A stretch of 64,000 nucleotides of DNA, from NCBI GenBank assembly GCA_051294375.1, contig CM119265.1, forward strand, positions 15,863,822 to 15,927,821. The letters are read 5' to 3'. Both the position numbers and the translations under genes were made by a program. Below the pieces are notes generated by a model. The model ran no database searches. It worked only from the letters and a program-made list of their open reading frames with translations, and was not told where the DNA came from. Shown here one piece after another: positions 37,501-51,686 of this stretch. Position 1 is the stretch's first letter; every line of letters starts with the position of its first letter. Source of the stretch: Paraspadella gotoi (lineage: Eukaryota > Animalia > Chaetognatha).

Positions 37501-40500
37501 AACCGATTGCGATATGTAATGAAGATACGAAACGCGAACGAAGAGAGGCGAGAGAGAGTTGTTAAATAAACAGAGAGCGGCGTGGCGCGCTGGGGCAAGT
37601 TCAGTGAATGATTAATTCGTATTTATCCGCTTTCTCCCCGCGGAGAAATGGCGTTGGAATCGTTAAGACGAGATCTCGCGATTAGCGACGCCACGAGGAG
37701 ACGAACTCTTCGCGACGGTTTCCATTCACATTGGCCAGATGGCGCGCCAGATGGCAATCGCCCCGTGGAACGGGACGAAGTCGTCGTCCGGCGCTTCGGC
37801 ACTCCCACCGGGGATTCGAGAGTCGAATGAAGTCCATTATCACGGTTCCTGAGTATGTGTGGCCGGCGATGGGCTTTTTTGAAAATGAAGTTATTTTTGC
37901 GTATATTTATTGACTTGTTAATGGTATCGGCCAAGCGCTGACTTCCTAACTTAAGTCCTAATATATTCAACACCAACGTATTCCATGCTCACCATCTCGA
38001 TGTCCAAAATTGGTCCCTCCCTTCATGCCTTACCGTCAGTCGTGCGTCGTCGTCGTCGTCGTCCATTTGAGTCAATAAATTGTCATAATCTCCGTCTATT
38101 GCTAAATAGCCTTCTTTTTAGACTCACCACATTTATAACTAATACGAAATTCACTCTTTTTCGAACCACCCACATTTTAAAAATCTGCATAATATTGCTA
38201 AAACCTCTTTCTCTTTCCCGCTCACTTTTTGAGATAAATCCGTACGAACGATTGAAAAAAAAAAAAGAAAAAGAAAAAAAGTTCTCTCTCGATTTCCTTC
38301 TCTCTTCGTCTCCTTTAAAACCCTTCATTCTCGTCACCTCGCCGCGCCCCTGCCCTCTCTCGCCCTCCCGTGTAGGACACCGTCATCAAATGCCGGTACG
38401 GCGCGACAATCAGCCGTGTGTAAAATCGGGTCGCTACTCGCGCCGCGCGAGGCGTTTTTTTTTTTTCTCCGCTTCCGTCGTTTCGTCGTCCGCTTTCTCT
38501 CTGCACCGCTATTCATTATTTCGCCTCCATTTTTATGTTTCGTTTTCCGAGATGGCTTCATCATGTCGGCCGCTGCTTTTTTTTATGCTTTGTTTTTTGT
38601 TTTTTTCCCGCATCCTGGGCCCCATCAGAGAAAAAGAGAGAGAGAAGAGAGATTAGAGAGAGGGAGGAGATGAGAGAGAGAGAGAGAAGAGAGAGAGAGA
38701 GGAGAGAGAGAGAGGAGGAGAGAGAGAGAGAGAGAGAGAGAGTAGTGAGAGAGAGCCCGACTCATTAATGTCGTTAACGTCTCAGTCATAACTTAATAAA
38801 CGAAACGATTCATGAATAAATCCGAGAGAAAACGGAAAAAGTAAATCAAAGCTTCTATGTTTCATTTTTTGTTGACAGTTTGAACGGTCGTACCGTCACC
38901 TTTCTCGTTTCTTCCAAAACTCCGTTCGGGTCCTAGATTTTACTACTAACATTTCTTTTTACCAATTGTAATTTGTACCCGGAATAATTTTTCTTAATTT
39001 TTTTTTCGAGTTTCAAGATCTTGCGCCAATTTGGAGATTTTAGTTAAAAGATGCTGCCCTTTGTAGACAGTGTGAATATTGAATATGCAGAATAATCAAA
39101 TTGACTCATTGCAATTAAAAGAAAAATTTATCATTTCCCGCGCAAATCTCGATCTTGCAAATTAATCGGAACCCCTGCTCCATAATATCCGCTTTTCAAA
39201 AGTTTGAAACCCCACAGGTAATTCCTTTCTATCTCATCTTTCTATCTACGTACTTCTTCTTATTTCAACCTTTTTTCCACGCACCCCCTTATCCCCTCAA
39301 CTTCGCCCGGCGGGGGAAAAAATCTAATCTATTTTCGTGGGTGGATGGAAAACAAAGGAAGGTGGTTTTAGGTCGAAGCGAAAAAGCGAAACCGTTTATA
39401 TAAACCTTAAAAAAAAAGAACAGAGAAGTAAAAGGGGAATTTGAAGGCGATCTTGTTGATGGGAATATCGAAGATGCGAATGATGGGTTGAGGGGGGCTG
39501 GGGCGGGAAAAGTGTTCAGCGAAAAAAAAAAAAAGATGAATCGCAAGATGAATAGAAAATAGCAAGGATTAAAATAGTTGAAAAAAAGCTAGTTCGGAGA
39601 AGTGGGCGTCTTTGAATTCTAACTGACTGGACTAATTCTGCGGCATTCAAGACCAGAGTTGAAGTGGGTATAAATGGGCGCAGAAGAGACGATGGCCGCC
39701 GGTCAAAACGCCATGGAGGAGATGATCGACGACAGAGTCATCGGTAGATGACGTCGGCTAAGGCGGAAAGGACGACGATCTAGCGCGAACCCAGGAACTT
39801 GAAAATGCGAATGGTCCTGTAAGTCCTGTTTGTAAAGTAGATTGCTTGTTATAGAAGTCGCTGGCAAAGAATAACAAGTACAATTTAGTACAGAACTCAG
39901 GCAAATTATATATTAAATTTAAAGTGTCTTTTCTTACTTGTTTCTGAAGGCCAATAATAAACCAATAAAGAGATGCTTTCTCTCATAGAAAAGTCGCACC
40001 AAAACCTAGCGATCACACAAAAATGAGTAGTTGCGCGAGATAAGTCTGATAAAAGAGTTTCTAATGCTCTGAAAAAGAACTAAAAACCCAGTTTGACACA
40101 ACTTTGAGATCTGAAGATGCCACGTGCCAGATTCGATAAGATCTTAATCGAAATCCATCGAAATCACGTGGCACCAATCAGAATCAGCACTGTACATCTG
40201 CTTCGGAATTCTGGTACTATAGTGTTAACAAAAGAAAGAGCCTAAAGATTAGTCGTGTCGATCGCTAGATAATGGAACATTTTCGATTCAGCTAATAAAG
40301 AGCAAAAGAGGCAACGGGGAAAAAGGTTAGAGAAGCTGGATTTCCTCGAATATTAAAGATAGTTATTTCGTAACAAATGGGCCAAAACGGTCAAGGTATT
40401 ATTATTTTTACGAAAGATAAATGTCAAAGATATAATTAGACCTTTAACGAGCTTATTAGAGGACATCGGTATGACACGAAGCCATTTGAAAAGGAATAAA

Positions 40501-42011
40501 AAAGAAGAATCGGCTTCANNNNNNNNNNNNNNNNNNNNNNNNNTGGCTTCAGGTCATTAAATCAAATCCAAATTAAAATGAGGAAAAAAAAAGAAGGCAA
40601 ATGGCCTGGTGAAAAAAATAGCAAAAAAGCGAAACAAAGGCTTGACAAATAGCAAATGGCAAAATGACAAATGCAAGGCAGGGTGCGTCTCGCTTTTTTC
40701 TCTTTTTTTCAACTCGAGATCCATGAATACGAAATGTATTAAGCCCAGAAAACCGACGCGACGGTGATTCTCGTGTGGATTCGAAAGAAAAAAAAACAGG
40801 GTTATCCAAAAGGAGGGTTGGGAGTTGGAAAGAGGCTTTGCGGTCGTCGCCGTGGTTACTGGTGTTGGTTATTGTTGTCGTTGTTGTTGTTGTATGATAT
40901 AAGAAAACTGACGTCATCTGAAGAAGGTCAGAACGGATGAAAGGAAATAGAAATAGAGGAGGGCTGGGGGATTGGTTTNNNNNNNNNNNNNNNNNNNNNN
41001 NNNNNNNNNNNNNNNNNNNNNNNNNNNNNNNNNNNNNNNNNNNNNNNNNNNNNNNNNNNNNNNNNNNNNNNNNNNNNNNNNNNNNNNNNNNNNNNNNNNN
41101 NNNNNNNNNNNNNNNNNNNNNNNNNNNNNNNNNNNNNNNNNNNNNNNNNNNNNNNNNNNNNNNNNNNNNNNNNNNNNNNNNNNNNNNNNNNNNNNNNNNN
41201 NNNNNNNNNNNNNNNNNNNNNNNNNNNNNNNNNNNNNNNNNNNNNNAGAGAGCGAGAGCGATAGCGATTGTTTTCACCGCGATTTCACGCCGCTCAAGAA
41301 ATTCTCAACGAGCAAGGGACGCCGCGGCGTCGTTAGTGNNNNNNNNNNNNNNNNNNNNNNNNNNNNNNNNNNNNNNNNNNNNNNNNNNNNNNNNNNNNNN
41401 NNNNNNNNNNNNNNNNNNNNNNNNNNNNNNNNNNNNNNNNNNNNNNNNNNNNNNNNNNNNNNNNNNNNNNNNNNNNNNNNNNNNNNNNNNNNNNNNNNNN
41501 NNNNNNNNNNNNNNNNNNNNNNNNNNNNNNNNNNNNNNNNNNNNNNNNNNNNNNNNNNNNNNNNNNNNNNNNNNNNNNNNNNNNNNNNNNNNNNNNNNNN
41601 NNNNNNNNNNNNNNNNNNNNNNNNNNNNNNNNNNNNNNNNNNNNNNNNNNNNNNNNNNNNNNNNNNNNNNNGAGGCGACGCGATGGCGGCGACGCCATGT
41701 CGGAAAAAAACGACGAAGACGAAGACAATTAAAGAATAAATTTTTGAAAAAAAGGAAAAAAAACTTTTAAGTTTAACTCAAGATGTTTTATAGTTTAACT
41801 AAAACGGAAGAAAGCCTCAATTGATTTTGGATGGAAAAGGAAGCAAAGCAGCCGAAAAGTAATCGACGATGACGACGATGACGACGAAGACAGTGATTGT
41901 TTTTTTTTGTTTTGTTATTTTTGTTGTTTTGTTCTTTTTGTTGTTTTTGTTGTTTTGTTGTTTTTGTTGTCAAANNNNNNNNNNNNNNNNNNNNNNNNNN
42001 NNNNNNNNNNN

Positions 42012-42044
<33 letters not shown>

Positions 42045-42257
42045 GTCATCAGAGGCGGCGTCAAAAAATCTTGAAATGATTTTCAAGAAGAGTAAAGTGG
42101 AAATAAAATAANNNNNNNNNNNNNNNNNNNNNNNNNACGGAAAATAGATTTGAAATGGAATGGGCCAAGTCGTAGATTCCTTTTACGAGACCATAAAAAG
42201 AAATCCCTCTAAATCGGTCAAAGGGAGCGAAATTGAAAATATAGAAAATGAGGAGAG
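34500..42257 (+). repeat. Further gapped, indel-rich forward copies of blocks A and B (17.5-23 kb sequence)
   Basis: e.g. 35480-36035 and 38750-39320 match 19260-19795; 37018-38230 matches block A; 40545-40978 matches 20975-21405; 41672-42257 matches 22050-22985. Confidence 0.88.
36036..36810. other. Largest assembly gap; further gaps include seven of exactly 25 N (17279, 27000, 35451, 40519, 42112, 43105, 57989)
   Basis: Runs of N counted directly. Confidence 0.97.
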
Positions 42258-42456
42258 NNNNNNNNNNNNNNNNNNNNNNNNNNNNNNNNNNNNNNNNNNN
42301 NNNNNNNNNNNNNNNNNNNNNNNNNNNNNNNNNNNNNNNNNNNNNNNNNNNNNNNNNNNNNNNNNNNNNNNNNNNNNNNNNNNNNNNNNNNNNNNNNNNN
42401 NNNNNNNNNNNNNNNNNNNNNNNNNNNNNNNNNNNNNNNNNNNNNNNNNNNNNNNN

Positions 42457-45160
42457 AAGGAGGTAGGGCAATGGGGTGAGAGCGAAACTCGGCCCGTCGG
42501 AGTAAAGAAACGAAATGGAGGAAAAGGAAGAAGAGAGAGAAAAAAAAGGAAGAANNNNNNNNNNNNNNNNNNNNNNNNNNNNNNNNNNNNNNNNNNNNNN
42601 NNNNNNNNNNNNNNNNNNNNNNNNNNNNNNNNNNNNNNNNNNNNNNNNNNNNNNNNNNNNNNNNNNNNNNNNNNNNNNNNNNNNNNNNNNNNNNNNNNNN
42701 NNTTTTTTTTTTTTCGTTTCGGAGGAAAAAAGAGTGAACTGTTTTTCTTTTCTTTTTTTTTCCCTTCGCTTGAATCTGCCTGTGGGTCGATGGTGGTTGA
42801 AATCCTATGAAATAAGAGGATATTTCGTCCAAGAGAGAGAATGTTGACGATCTGATTACTGGATGAGTTGCTTATATATTTTTATTTTTACGTGCTTCGG
42901 AGAATATATCAAGAGACGCGCCTTTATTTACTTTAGATTTTCCCTTACGCTTGAATTTCTGCCTGTGGGTCGATGGTGGCTACTTGTATTAAATCCTCAT
43001 GAAATAAGAGGATATTTCGTCCGTCGGTCGGTTTTTTTTTTTTTTGTTTTTTTTTTTTTGTCGGTCGCCGCAAATTGGAATCGGTACTTGTTTTCCGGGA
43101 ATCGNNNNNNNNNNNNNNNNNNNNNNNNNCGTTCGATTCCGGGGTTGGCGAGCGGGTGAGTGTTCGGACCTCCTAGCGGCATTTTGAGCGAAAAAGGAAA
43201 AGAGTGAATAAAGAGACCTTCCTTTCTTGTTTTCGCCACAAAAATAGTCACAAAAGGAGAAGAAACTAAGGAGGAAAGAAAATTGTTTTTTTTTTATTAA
43301 AAAAATTGGTGATCGTTTTCTGAAGAAAAAAGGGACGGCGAATTTTCTTTTTCATTCCTCGCTCGAGTTTGATGCCTCTTCTTTCTATACCCTCTGTGTC
43401 GGTCGGTCGGTACACTTCTTCCGTCGTTAGACTCACCGTGTTTGTCGATACACCACTTACAGTTATAACAATATCGGTTCATCCAATGTGTTGCGCCCCA
43501 GTGACTATATTTTCATTGTATTTCCATTTGATCACATAATATGACATTACATGACATGACTAAAAAACTTTCATAACCCGTGTATTTATGACATGGACTG
43601 CATCAAAATTTCGTCTTTTATTTCTTATAGTTTTATGATTTCCTGACGGCGGCGCTCGCAGTCACTTAGATTTGAGATTTTTTTCCGACGCACGGACCGA
43701 CCGACAGAACGACCGACCAAAAAGTGACTTATATTCTTTTACTCGCGAAGCAAAATATTATTTTTCTCATTATTTGTTTAATAACATAAAATTTTATTTT
43801 TAAATAACCTTTCCAGCGGATATCCCAATATTTGGTGTTATTGAATTTCCGTCGTTTTAGCGCACACGCATATCTCAATAATTGTTTATAAAAAAAAAAA
43901 AACTAAGAAAGTTGAAGGAGTACATAAATTGGGCAATGGAGTTCGGAACAGGTTGCAAGGGTTAGAAAAAAAAAATTGGGAAGAGAAAGAAACTGAGGAG
44001 GAGCGATCAAAGAAAGATGGTGATAAGACGGATCATGTAAACAGACCGAATGTAAAGCGACGAAAAAGGAGGTCAGGAAAAAAAAAAAAAAGAGGAGGGA
44101 GAAGAGAAGGGAGAAAAGGGAGGAATGGAAAAGTTTTGATAGAAAAAAAAAAACTGTTTGGGAGGTTGATGGAGTCGGAGTGGTTATGGTTGGTCTGTTG
44201 TCTGACATTGCAATAAGTTTATTTATAAGCAGTGACAACTGGGTCGTGACCCGATGGCTCATTGGAGTATGCGTAATACCATCAGCTCTAAACTCTCAAC
44301 TTAAACTTGCTCCGTGCTGTGGGTAGGCTTTAAATTAGCCTTGGAATGAGCTCTTATAAAAACTAAACACATATTGTGATTGTATTAGCGCTATCAATAA
44401 CATTTTTATTCGAAGTTGTTATAAAGCTATGAAATGTTTTTTGGGGGGTCGTTTTCGGTGGGTTCTGGTATGGTGGGACTCTGATCACAGTCTAGTTTAT
44501 TCAACTCCCAGAGTATCTGGCTTCCCTTATCAATGAAGTATATCATTACTAATAATTATACCATTAGTAAGAGCATAAGAGATATTCTTAAATATTAGTT
44601 GCGAGGCCAAGAGCGCGCGGACGTACCGAGGAACCAAACGGGCGGAGAAACAAAAGGGATCTAATTACTGTTATTAAATGTCAGTTCTCGTCGCGGCAAC
44701 TTGAAAAGAAGGTCAGAGGCGAAAGAGTTTGCGCAAATGGGGAGACTGATGGGAAAGAAGAAAGAAGAAAAGCAAAGAAGAAGAAGAAAGTAAAGAAAGC
44801 AGAAACACAAATTGAGGCGAGGAGGGGGCGACGGCTGGGGGGGGGCGAATTAGGAAGAGAGAAAAAGGGGAGGAGAAAAAGGAGGAAGAGGCGTCACTGA
44901 AAACTTGGCGAGAGGAAAAAAAAACTAGGAAATGGAAAGGGACACGTTGGAAGAAGAAATAGCAGAAGAGGAAGTGGAGAGGAGGAAATAGGAGGGAAGA
45001 AGAAGAAAGAAGAAGAAGAAGAAGAAGAAGAAGAAGAAGAAGAAGAAGAAGAAGAAGAAGAAGAAGAAGAAGAAGGGAGGCGGATAAAGAGGAAAAATAA
45101 GATCGAGGAGGGAGAGGAGGAGGAGGGAGGAGGAGGAGTAGGGGAAGGGCGTCGAGGCCG
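42457..45160 (-). repeat. Indel-rich reverse-orientation copy of distal block B (matches 27095-29650)
   Basis: Shared strings ggggttggcgag, ttggtgatcgttttc, gggtcgtgac, gaaggtcagaggcgaaaga, aaattgaggcga. Confidence 0.88.
44996..45074. repeat. (GAA)n trinucleotide microsatellite
   Basis: Direct reading. Confidence 0.95.
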
Positions 45161-45961
45161 GACATTTTCTCCTCTCGTCGGCGGTCGTGACGACGGAGAA
45201 AAACTAAACAACGGGGAAAAAAATTCTTCTCTCCTCGCTCTCTCTCTCTCTCTCTCTCGTCTCTCTGCTCTCTCTCTCTCTCTCTTCTCTCCGTCTCTCT
45301 CATATTTCATAAACTCATTCTGTCGTACTCCTGCCTGTATCAACGAACTTAATAAATATTAATAAAATAATCCGTTTTCGATCCGAATTAGATTCAAACT
45401 TCTTTTTTTTTTCGGAATTGATTTTCTTTCATTTTTATTTCTCAAAATTTTATTTTCGTCACATATTTTATCATTGAAAAAATAATTTTGTTTCGTCAAA
45501 AAAAAATATAAAAAGACTTTTTTTTTATCTTCACGGTTGCCAACTGGTTTTTATTTGGGTTGACTCAACTTTCTACACCGTTGCCTTTATCATTTATTTA
45601 TTCATTCATCCATTCATACACTCTTTTATTCAGTAACTGATACAGTGATACATCCAGTCATTAATTTATTCACTTCAATCATTCATTTATTTATTTTCGA
45701 GATTAAACAAATATTTTTTTTTATTAAAAAAAATATGTAACTTTCCTGAATTTTTCAAGATTCATTGCGTCTCTCTTCCACTCATTATTCATATATAACA
45801 CCATTTTTCCGTCCATAATTTTCTTCTCATTTATAATCATTTATTTCTATATTTTTTTCTTTCCATCTTTTTCCCGTCATTTTCTTTCCTCCCACCCGAT
45901 CCCTCAGTTTCATCGTGTTTTATAAGCCTTTATTGATTTTCATTATCTTCCGTCTTCTCTC

Positions 45962-46009
<48 letters not shown>

Positions 46010-46145
46010 GCTTTTCATCATTTCCCTTTTACGACTGTTGATGTATTTTCCTCCTCGCGGTTTTTGTTTCTTTTTCATCGCGTCTCATTCTTTACCATTT
46101 TCCTCTTCTCTTCTTTTATCCTTTCTATTTGCTTCTTTTTTTTCA

Positions 46146-46147
<2 letters not shown>

Positions 46148-46240
<93 letters not shown>

Positions 46241-46242
46241 TT
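46148..46242. repeat. (CTTT)n microsatellite
   Basis: Direct reading. Confidence 0.95.
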
Positions 46243-46483
46243 TATTTTTTCTTTCTGTAATTGCTATAGCGACTTTATTGAACTTTCTAATTTTGTGTCG
46301 ACTTTTCCGTGAGGTTTTGTTATAGATTAATTTAAAAAAATTAATTGATTGATGGTCGTAACTACAGTTTATAAGTTAGTTATATTTACTTTTAAATGAA
46401 TGAATTTTATTTATATTCAAAAAGTAAAAAAGAATTTAGTTACGAAGAACCAAAACACGAACAAAAAAGTTAGGACGGCTTAT

Positions 46484-46520
<37 letters not shown>

Positions 46521-47309
46521 CTCCTCTCTCTCTCTCTCTTCTCTCTCTCATCTCTCTCTCTCTTCCTCTCTCTCTCTCCCCCTCTCTCCCTACCTCTTTC
46601 CCTCCCTCTACCCCCCAGTCCTCTCTCTCACTCCCTCTTTCTCTTTCACGCACTCATCAAACTGCATAAAATCACCGAGGCTACCCTGATTCTCCAAACA
46701 GATTTTCGTCTTCGTCATCAAATACACAATCACGTGTTTTTCTCGGAGGTGGAGGCTTGAATCTCGGGCTCAAAAAAAAAAAAAACATAGATGGGGTGTA
46801 GAATGGGCGGCTAAGGGGTGTGGATGGGTCCAGATGGGCCAGACCGAGGCTCGGAAGGAAATAGTAACAAAAGCACCGGCGGCTTTTGCTATTTCAAGAG
46901 TCGACGTCTCACGAAATCACGTGGTTATCGCGTGCGTTCCTTCCTTTCTTCTTTCTTTCCTTTGATTTTTCTTTCATTCGGTTTGTAGTTCGTTTTTTTC
47001 TTTGTCTCTGGTTGACGTAATATGGTTTTTACTTCCTTTTGATCATACGATGCATGTCATTATTGTCATCGTGATCCAACCCCCCCCAAAAAAAATAATA
47101 ACTACTAATTAATAATTAGACGAAAAATTTTATTTTATTCTGAATATGGATTAAATGCTGTCCTAAAATAAAATATTGGTAAAATAAGAATAAACTGTTT
47201 CTATCTCTCACCTTTTAGATATTCATTAATTCATTTATTCATTCATTCATTCTTACTTGCAACGTAGCGAGGTCCATTTCTCGTTTGCTTTCAACCTAAA
47301 ACAATTTCA

Positions 47310-47700
47310 TTCGTACTCGCGGCGCAACTCTATAAGTCACTTTTCGGTCGGTCTGTCTGTCTGTCGGTCCATCGGTATGTCTATCCGTCAGTCTGTCCCA
47401 CTTGGGTTAAAAATGTATACAGTTGGTTGCTCAGGGATCATTTGTTAAGAAAGGAAAATACTCAAATTTAAGTGTCTACTACTACTATTAGCGCCGCCTT
47501 TAGGAGATCCTAAAACTATAAAAAACAAAAGAGGGAATTCTGATGCACTGCGTATCATATAATATATGGGCTAAGAAAGTTATTGTAGTCATGTAGTCAT
47601 GTCATATCATTTCATAACTAGTCATATCAAGTCATGTTATATCAAGAAAAATGCACGTGAAAAGGCAGTTACTGCGGCGAAACACATTTGAATTACCGTT
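47310..47700 (+). mobile_element. Short interspersed repeat with internal (CGGT/CTGT)n and (GTCAT)n tracts, resembling Helentron-associated/DINE-1-type non-autonomous elements; diverged relatives at about 24930-25210, 27860-28140 and 43490-43750
   Basis: Collinear blocks tataagtcactttt-ggtcggtc...ctcaaat-taagtg...gcgccgcc...taaaactata...tgatgca...gaaagtt...tagtcatg shared with the reverse complement of 43490-43750; family assignment is inference. Confidence 0.5.
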
Positions 47701-49313
47701 CTTGTTTTTCTCTTTCTCCCTATATTTTTTACTATCAAGTCTCAAACTTCCTCTCTTCTCGTTTCTCGTCCTTTATTCCCCTCTCACTTTTCCTTCTATC
47801 TTCTCTCTTCTGGGCCTCTTCTTCATCTCCTTTCTCTCTCTCTACCTCTCTCTCTCTCTCTCTCTCCTCTCTCTGTCTCTTTCTCTCTCTCTCTCTCTCT
47901 CCCTCTCTCCTCACCCGTCTCTCTCACTCCGTCTCCGCGTCTCCTCATCGAAGTCTCCCGCGACCCTTCCAGGGTCTACCCCGACTTAAATTTCATTTGC
48001 ATATTGCAGCGAAAACCCAAAGAGCCGACTCCCGAGTCTAGCAGGGATTGGAAACCCATTTTTACGCCGCTTAGCCTTGGCTGCAGACTGGATGAAAACA
48101 CTCGCTGGACTGGCGTTTACTTGATCGTTTGAACAATACGTTGTACCGCATTCCTACGACAGTCACCTACGTGTTTATTATTAGTTAAAAATTTGTTGAG
48201 AAGCTTTAAATTTCAAATAAAAAGTTGATAATACGAAATTGATAATCCATGTCGCTGTTAATAAGATGGCCGGTATTCATTGTAGACTGTAGTGGGCTCA
48301 CCAAGAACACTTGGTGTGGCATTAGTCGGCTTCATAAGTGTTACGTTAGTTTGCCTCTCCTTACCTTTGTTTCTGTCTTCTTTTTTTTTTATTTTCGCAT
48401 CTTTATCAGTTTTATCATTTGGGTACGCATTTAATTTTACGACATTAACGTGACGATAAATTCAATAATGGTGAAAAGAGAGTTAATGAGCTCGTCGCAG
48501 TATCGATTATGAAACGTTTCACTTTCAGTGTCCATTTCAGTTTAAACTGTTAAAGGCGAGTTTCATTACTCCTATCAATTTTTTTTATTTCGAGTTTTTC
48601 GCTTTTCATTCTCTTCTCTCCGAATGAGGCCGTTTAAATCGAGAAAGAACAAAAGACGCGACTACAGATTAAATGAATTAATGGAGCCGATTTTTTTCGC
48701 CAAGTTTCCATCCCCTTCGCAATCGTGAGCTGTGAACTGTGAGTTTTGAGTTGTGAGCGGAGAGCGCTGTGAAGCCTGTGAAGAGCTCGTGCCAATGTCG
48801 CCCTACGATCGTTTAATATTGCAATTGTTCAAGAATTTTGATATCACATGTGATCTAGAATTAATAAATGTAATTTCGCTTGAAGCAGGGTCGTTTTGTA
48901 TTTTGCGTGCGGAGAAGGAAGTTAGTGAGAAATCTACGTTAGCAGTCCAAAATTCAAATTCGTATCCTATATTCAAAGTATTAATAAAAGAAATGACAAT
49001 ATAATAAAAAATCAGTATTAAGTAGGAAATAATGTTCGACGAGCAAAGAATTGGAATAGGATGTGCTCAATGCGACGTTGATGACGAAGCGTGGATGAAA
49101 TCACTTGGTCAGCTTCGCCTTTGGTTGGCCAAAAAATTGACAGTTTCTGTCGAATCAAATACGAGATTTACTACCGTCGAAGTTCGACGGCGATTATGAT
49201 ATAAATTTAAAGGGAATAATATTATTAAATAAACAGAAACCAGAAGGCCAGCAAAGCGCTGTCTCATCTCACCCATCCTACACTCGTGCCTTTTTCGAAA
49301 GAACTTTCGTTAC

Positions 49314-49819
49314 TTCCCTTCCAGCAGAAGCTGGGTCAGTTCGTCCGATCGTGTTTGCTGCGGCATTCCCCTGACATTTCGTTCCGAGTTTCAAATTTTT
49401 TTCTCATCCTTTTTCTTCCTTCCTTTCGCCCTTTCTCTTCTCCTTTTTATAATAAGATTGACCTTTTCCCAGTTTGTTTATAAAAACTAAATCATCGATA
49501 TTCATTATTATCATTAGTTTAAATTTTTAATCGCGAGATTTACGTTTTAACGAACTTTTTGTTAATTTTTTATAATAGTAATTCTTGGAAGTCGCCCGGC
49601 CTCGAGCACGATCCCGACATCTGAACCGATCTCTCTCTAGCTTTCAACGATTACAACGACGACAACAACGACTAGGATCTCACGCAACGCTCCGTGCCAA
49701 GCGGCAGTCTGCAGTCGAGAGCGTCACCAGCTGTTTCAAGCGCCACGTGTCCGAACCAATAACGTCGCTATGAATAAAAAAAAAAGGGCAAAAAAAAAAA
49801 AGAAGGAAATAGAAACAAA

Positions 49820-49885
<66 letters not shown>

Positions 49886-50946
49886 GAGAGACCAGAGCAG
49901 AAAGCAAGCCAGAGAGAAAGAGAGAGAGAGAGATTCGACATTGAAAGAAAGCTGTTAAGGTCACGGGATTTTTGGATTGTTGTCGTCGTCGTCTTCGTCG
50001 TCTTCGTCGTCCTCGTGGTCGTCGTCGTCGTCTTCCTTTTCGTTTGTCGTCGATCGTCAAAATGGGTTTTTACTACGAACGTTTGTCCGAATGCATCTTT
50101 GGGGAGAAAACGAAGACGGAGAATAAAAGAGAAGGGATGTTGGAAGACTCGAGGCCACGCTCATGTTTCCCAATGTCATTGCGAGCATTTGCTAGACGTG
50201 CTTTTATTGGCGTGAACGCACGCCCTACCTGGCGGCCCTCCTGTCCCTCCGGCTCGCCTTTTTGCCGAGACGGGGGACGAGCCAATCGCCAATGACCGTG
50301 CCTCAGCCTCGGGTGATTAGGTGGCGTCGGCGCCGGTGGCGATTCCATGACACGTCTTTCTCCGCCTTGACAATTTTCCGCCGCTTCCATTCTCCTCGCG
50401 TTCCCCGGTAACCATTAACGCTCCTCCCCCCCCCCTTTCTCCCCCCTCTTTTTCGCCAAATTGCAATCTTTTTGTTTCGTGAAAGAGGAAAAGGAGGAGG
50501 AGGAGGAGGAGGAGGAAGGTAGAGGCAGTCGCATTTCCCCTCGCTCCCGTGAACTTCGCTTTCCAAGTCTCTAATGACTAATGTCCAGGCGACGCCCGTC
50601 CAGAGCCTCAGACAATAAGCAGGCATTCTTACTTTGGAAATAGTAACCTCAATCTCTAAATTTAGTTTAATACCGACTAATTATTTAACGAAATATTATT
50701 TACGTATGTAAAAAGATAAATAAAGCCGTAAATTTAACGTTTTCAAAAATTTAGTTTAAAAACGTAACACCCTACTCCCGTCACACTCCAACCCACGTTC
50801 CACAACTCCCGTCCAACCCTCGCTTGAACTCCAAGGCAGCGATTCTCTCAGCCCGCCGTAAAATGGGACACGGAGGACAGACACCTGGGTTGAATAAAAC
50901 CCACATGAACAATGAAGACGACATCGATAAAGCTGAGGAAATGAAA

Positions 50947-50981
<35 letters not shown>

Positions 50982-51630
50982 TAGGACGTCGAATGAGACC
51001 GGATATGAAAGATTTGAAAAAAGGGCAAAAGAAAAAAGGGGCGGAGCAGTGGGAGGAGATAAGTAGAATTTTAGATGTGAAAGGGAAAACGGGCAGGGAT
51101 CTGAACGGGCAGGGATCTGGAGATGATGAAAGCGAAAAAGGGGAAAAAAAGGATAGGGGGATGTGGATAGTGGACGGGGTAGAGGAAGTGGAAAATAGGG
51201 AGAAAAAAAAAAGGATTTGGAGGGAAATGGCGTTTAGGAAATGGCCGAAAGGGAAAGGGAAAAAGGTGCATATAAGTTGAAATGGAGAAGAGGAAAAAGG
51301 ACAAGAAAAACCTGAATGAAGGAGTTGGCGAAAATAATAAAATTAATATGCTTTGTCCAAAATCAAGGGGAAAGATCGCTTATTTATTGAATGAATGAAT
51401 AAGTTTTATATTGATTGTACTATTTTCAGGGAAAGGTAGGTGAGGCAGGGAAAGGCAACTGAAGGTTGGACGGTGGAAAACGCCGCTGGATTCGGTTGAG
51501 AATGATGTTAAGAGAAAAAATATTTAAAGGTTAAAAAAAAGGAATGAAATACAGAGAAACTAAAAGGAGAAAGTAGGAACTTCGTAGAATTCAGAAAAAA
51601 AACAAAAAGAAGGAAGGAAAGAAAGAAATA

Positions 51631-51686
<56 letters not shown>

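Noticed and set aside
35783-43251. Long ORFs containing X runs
   Set aside because: They span N gaps.
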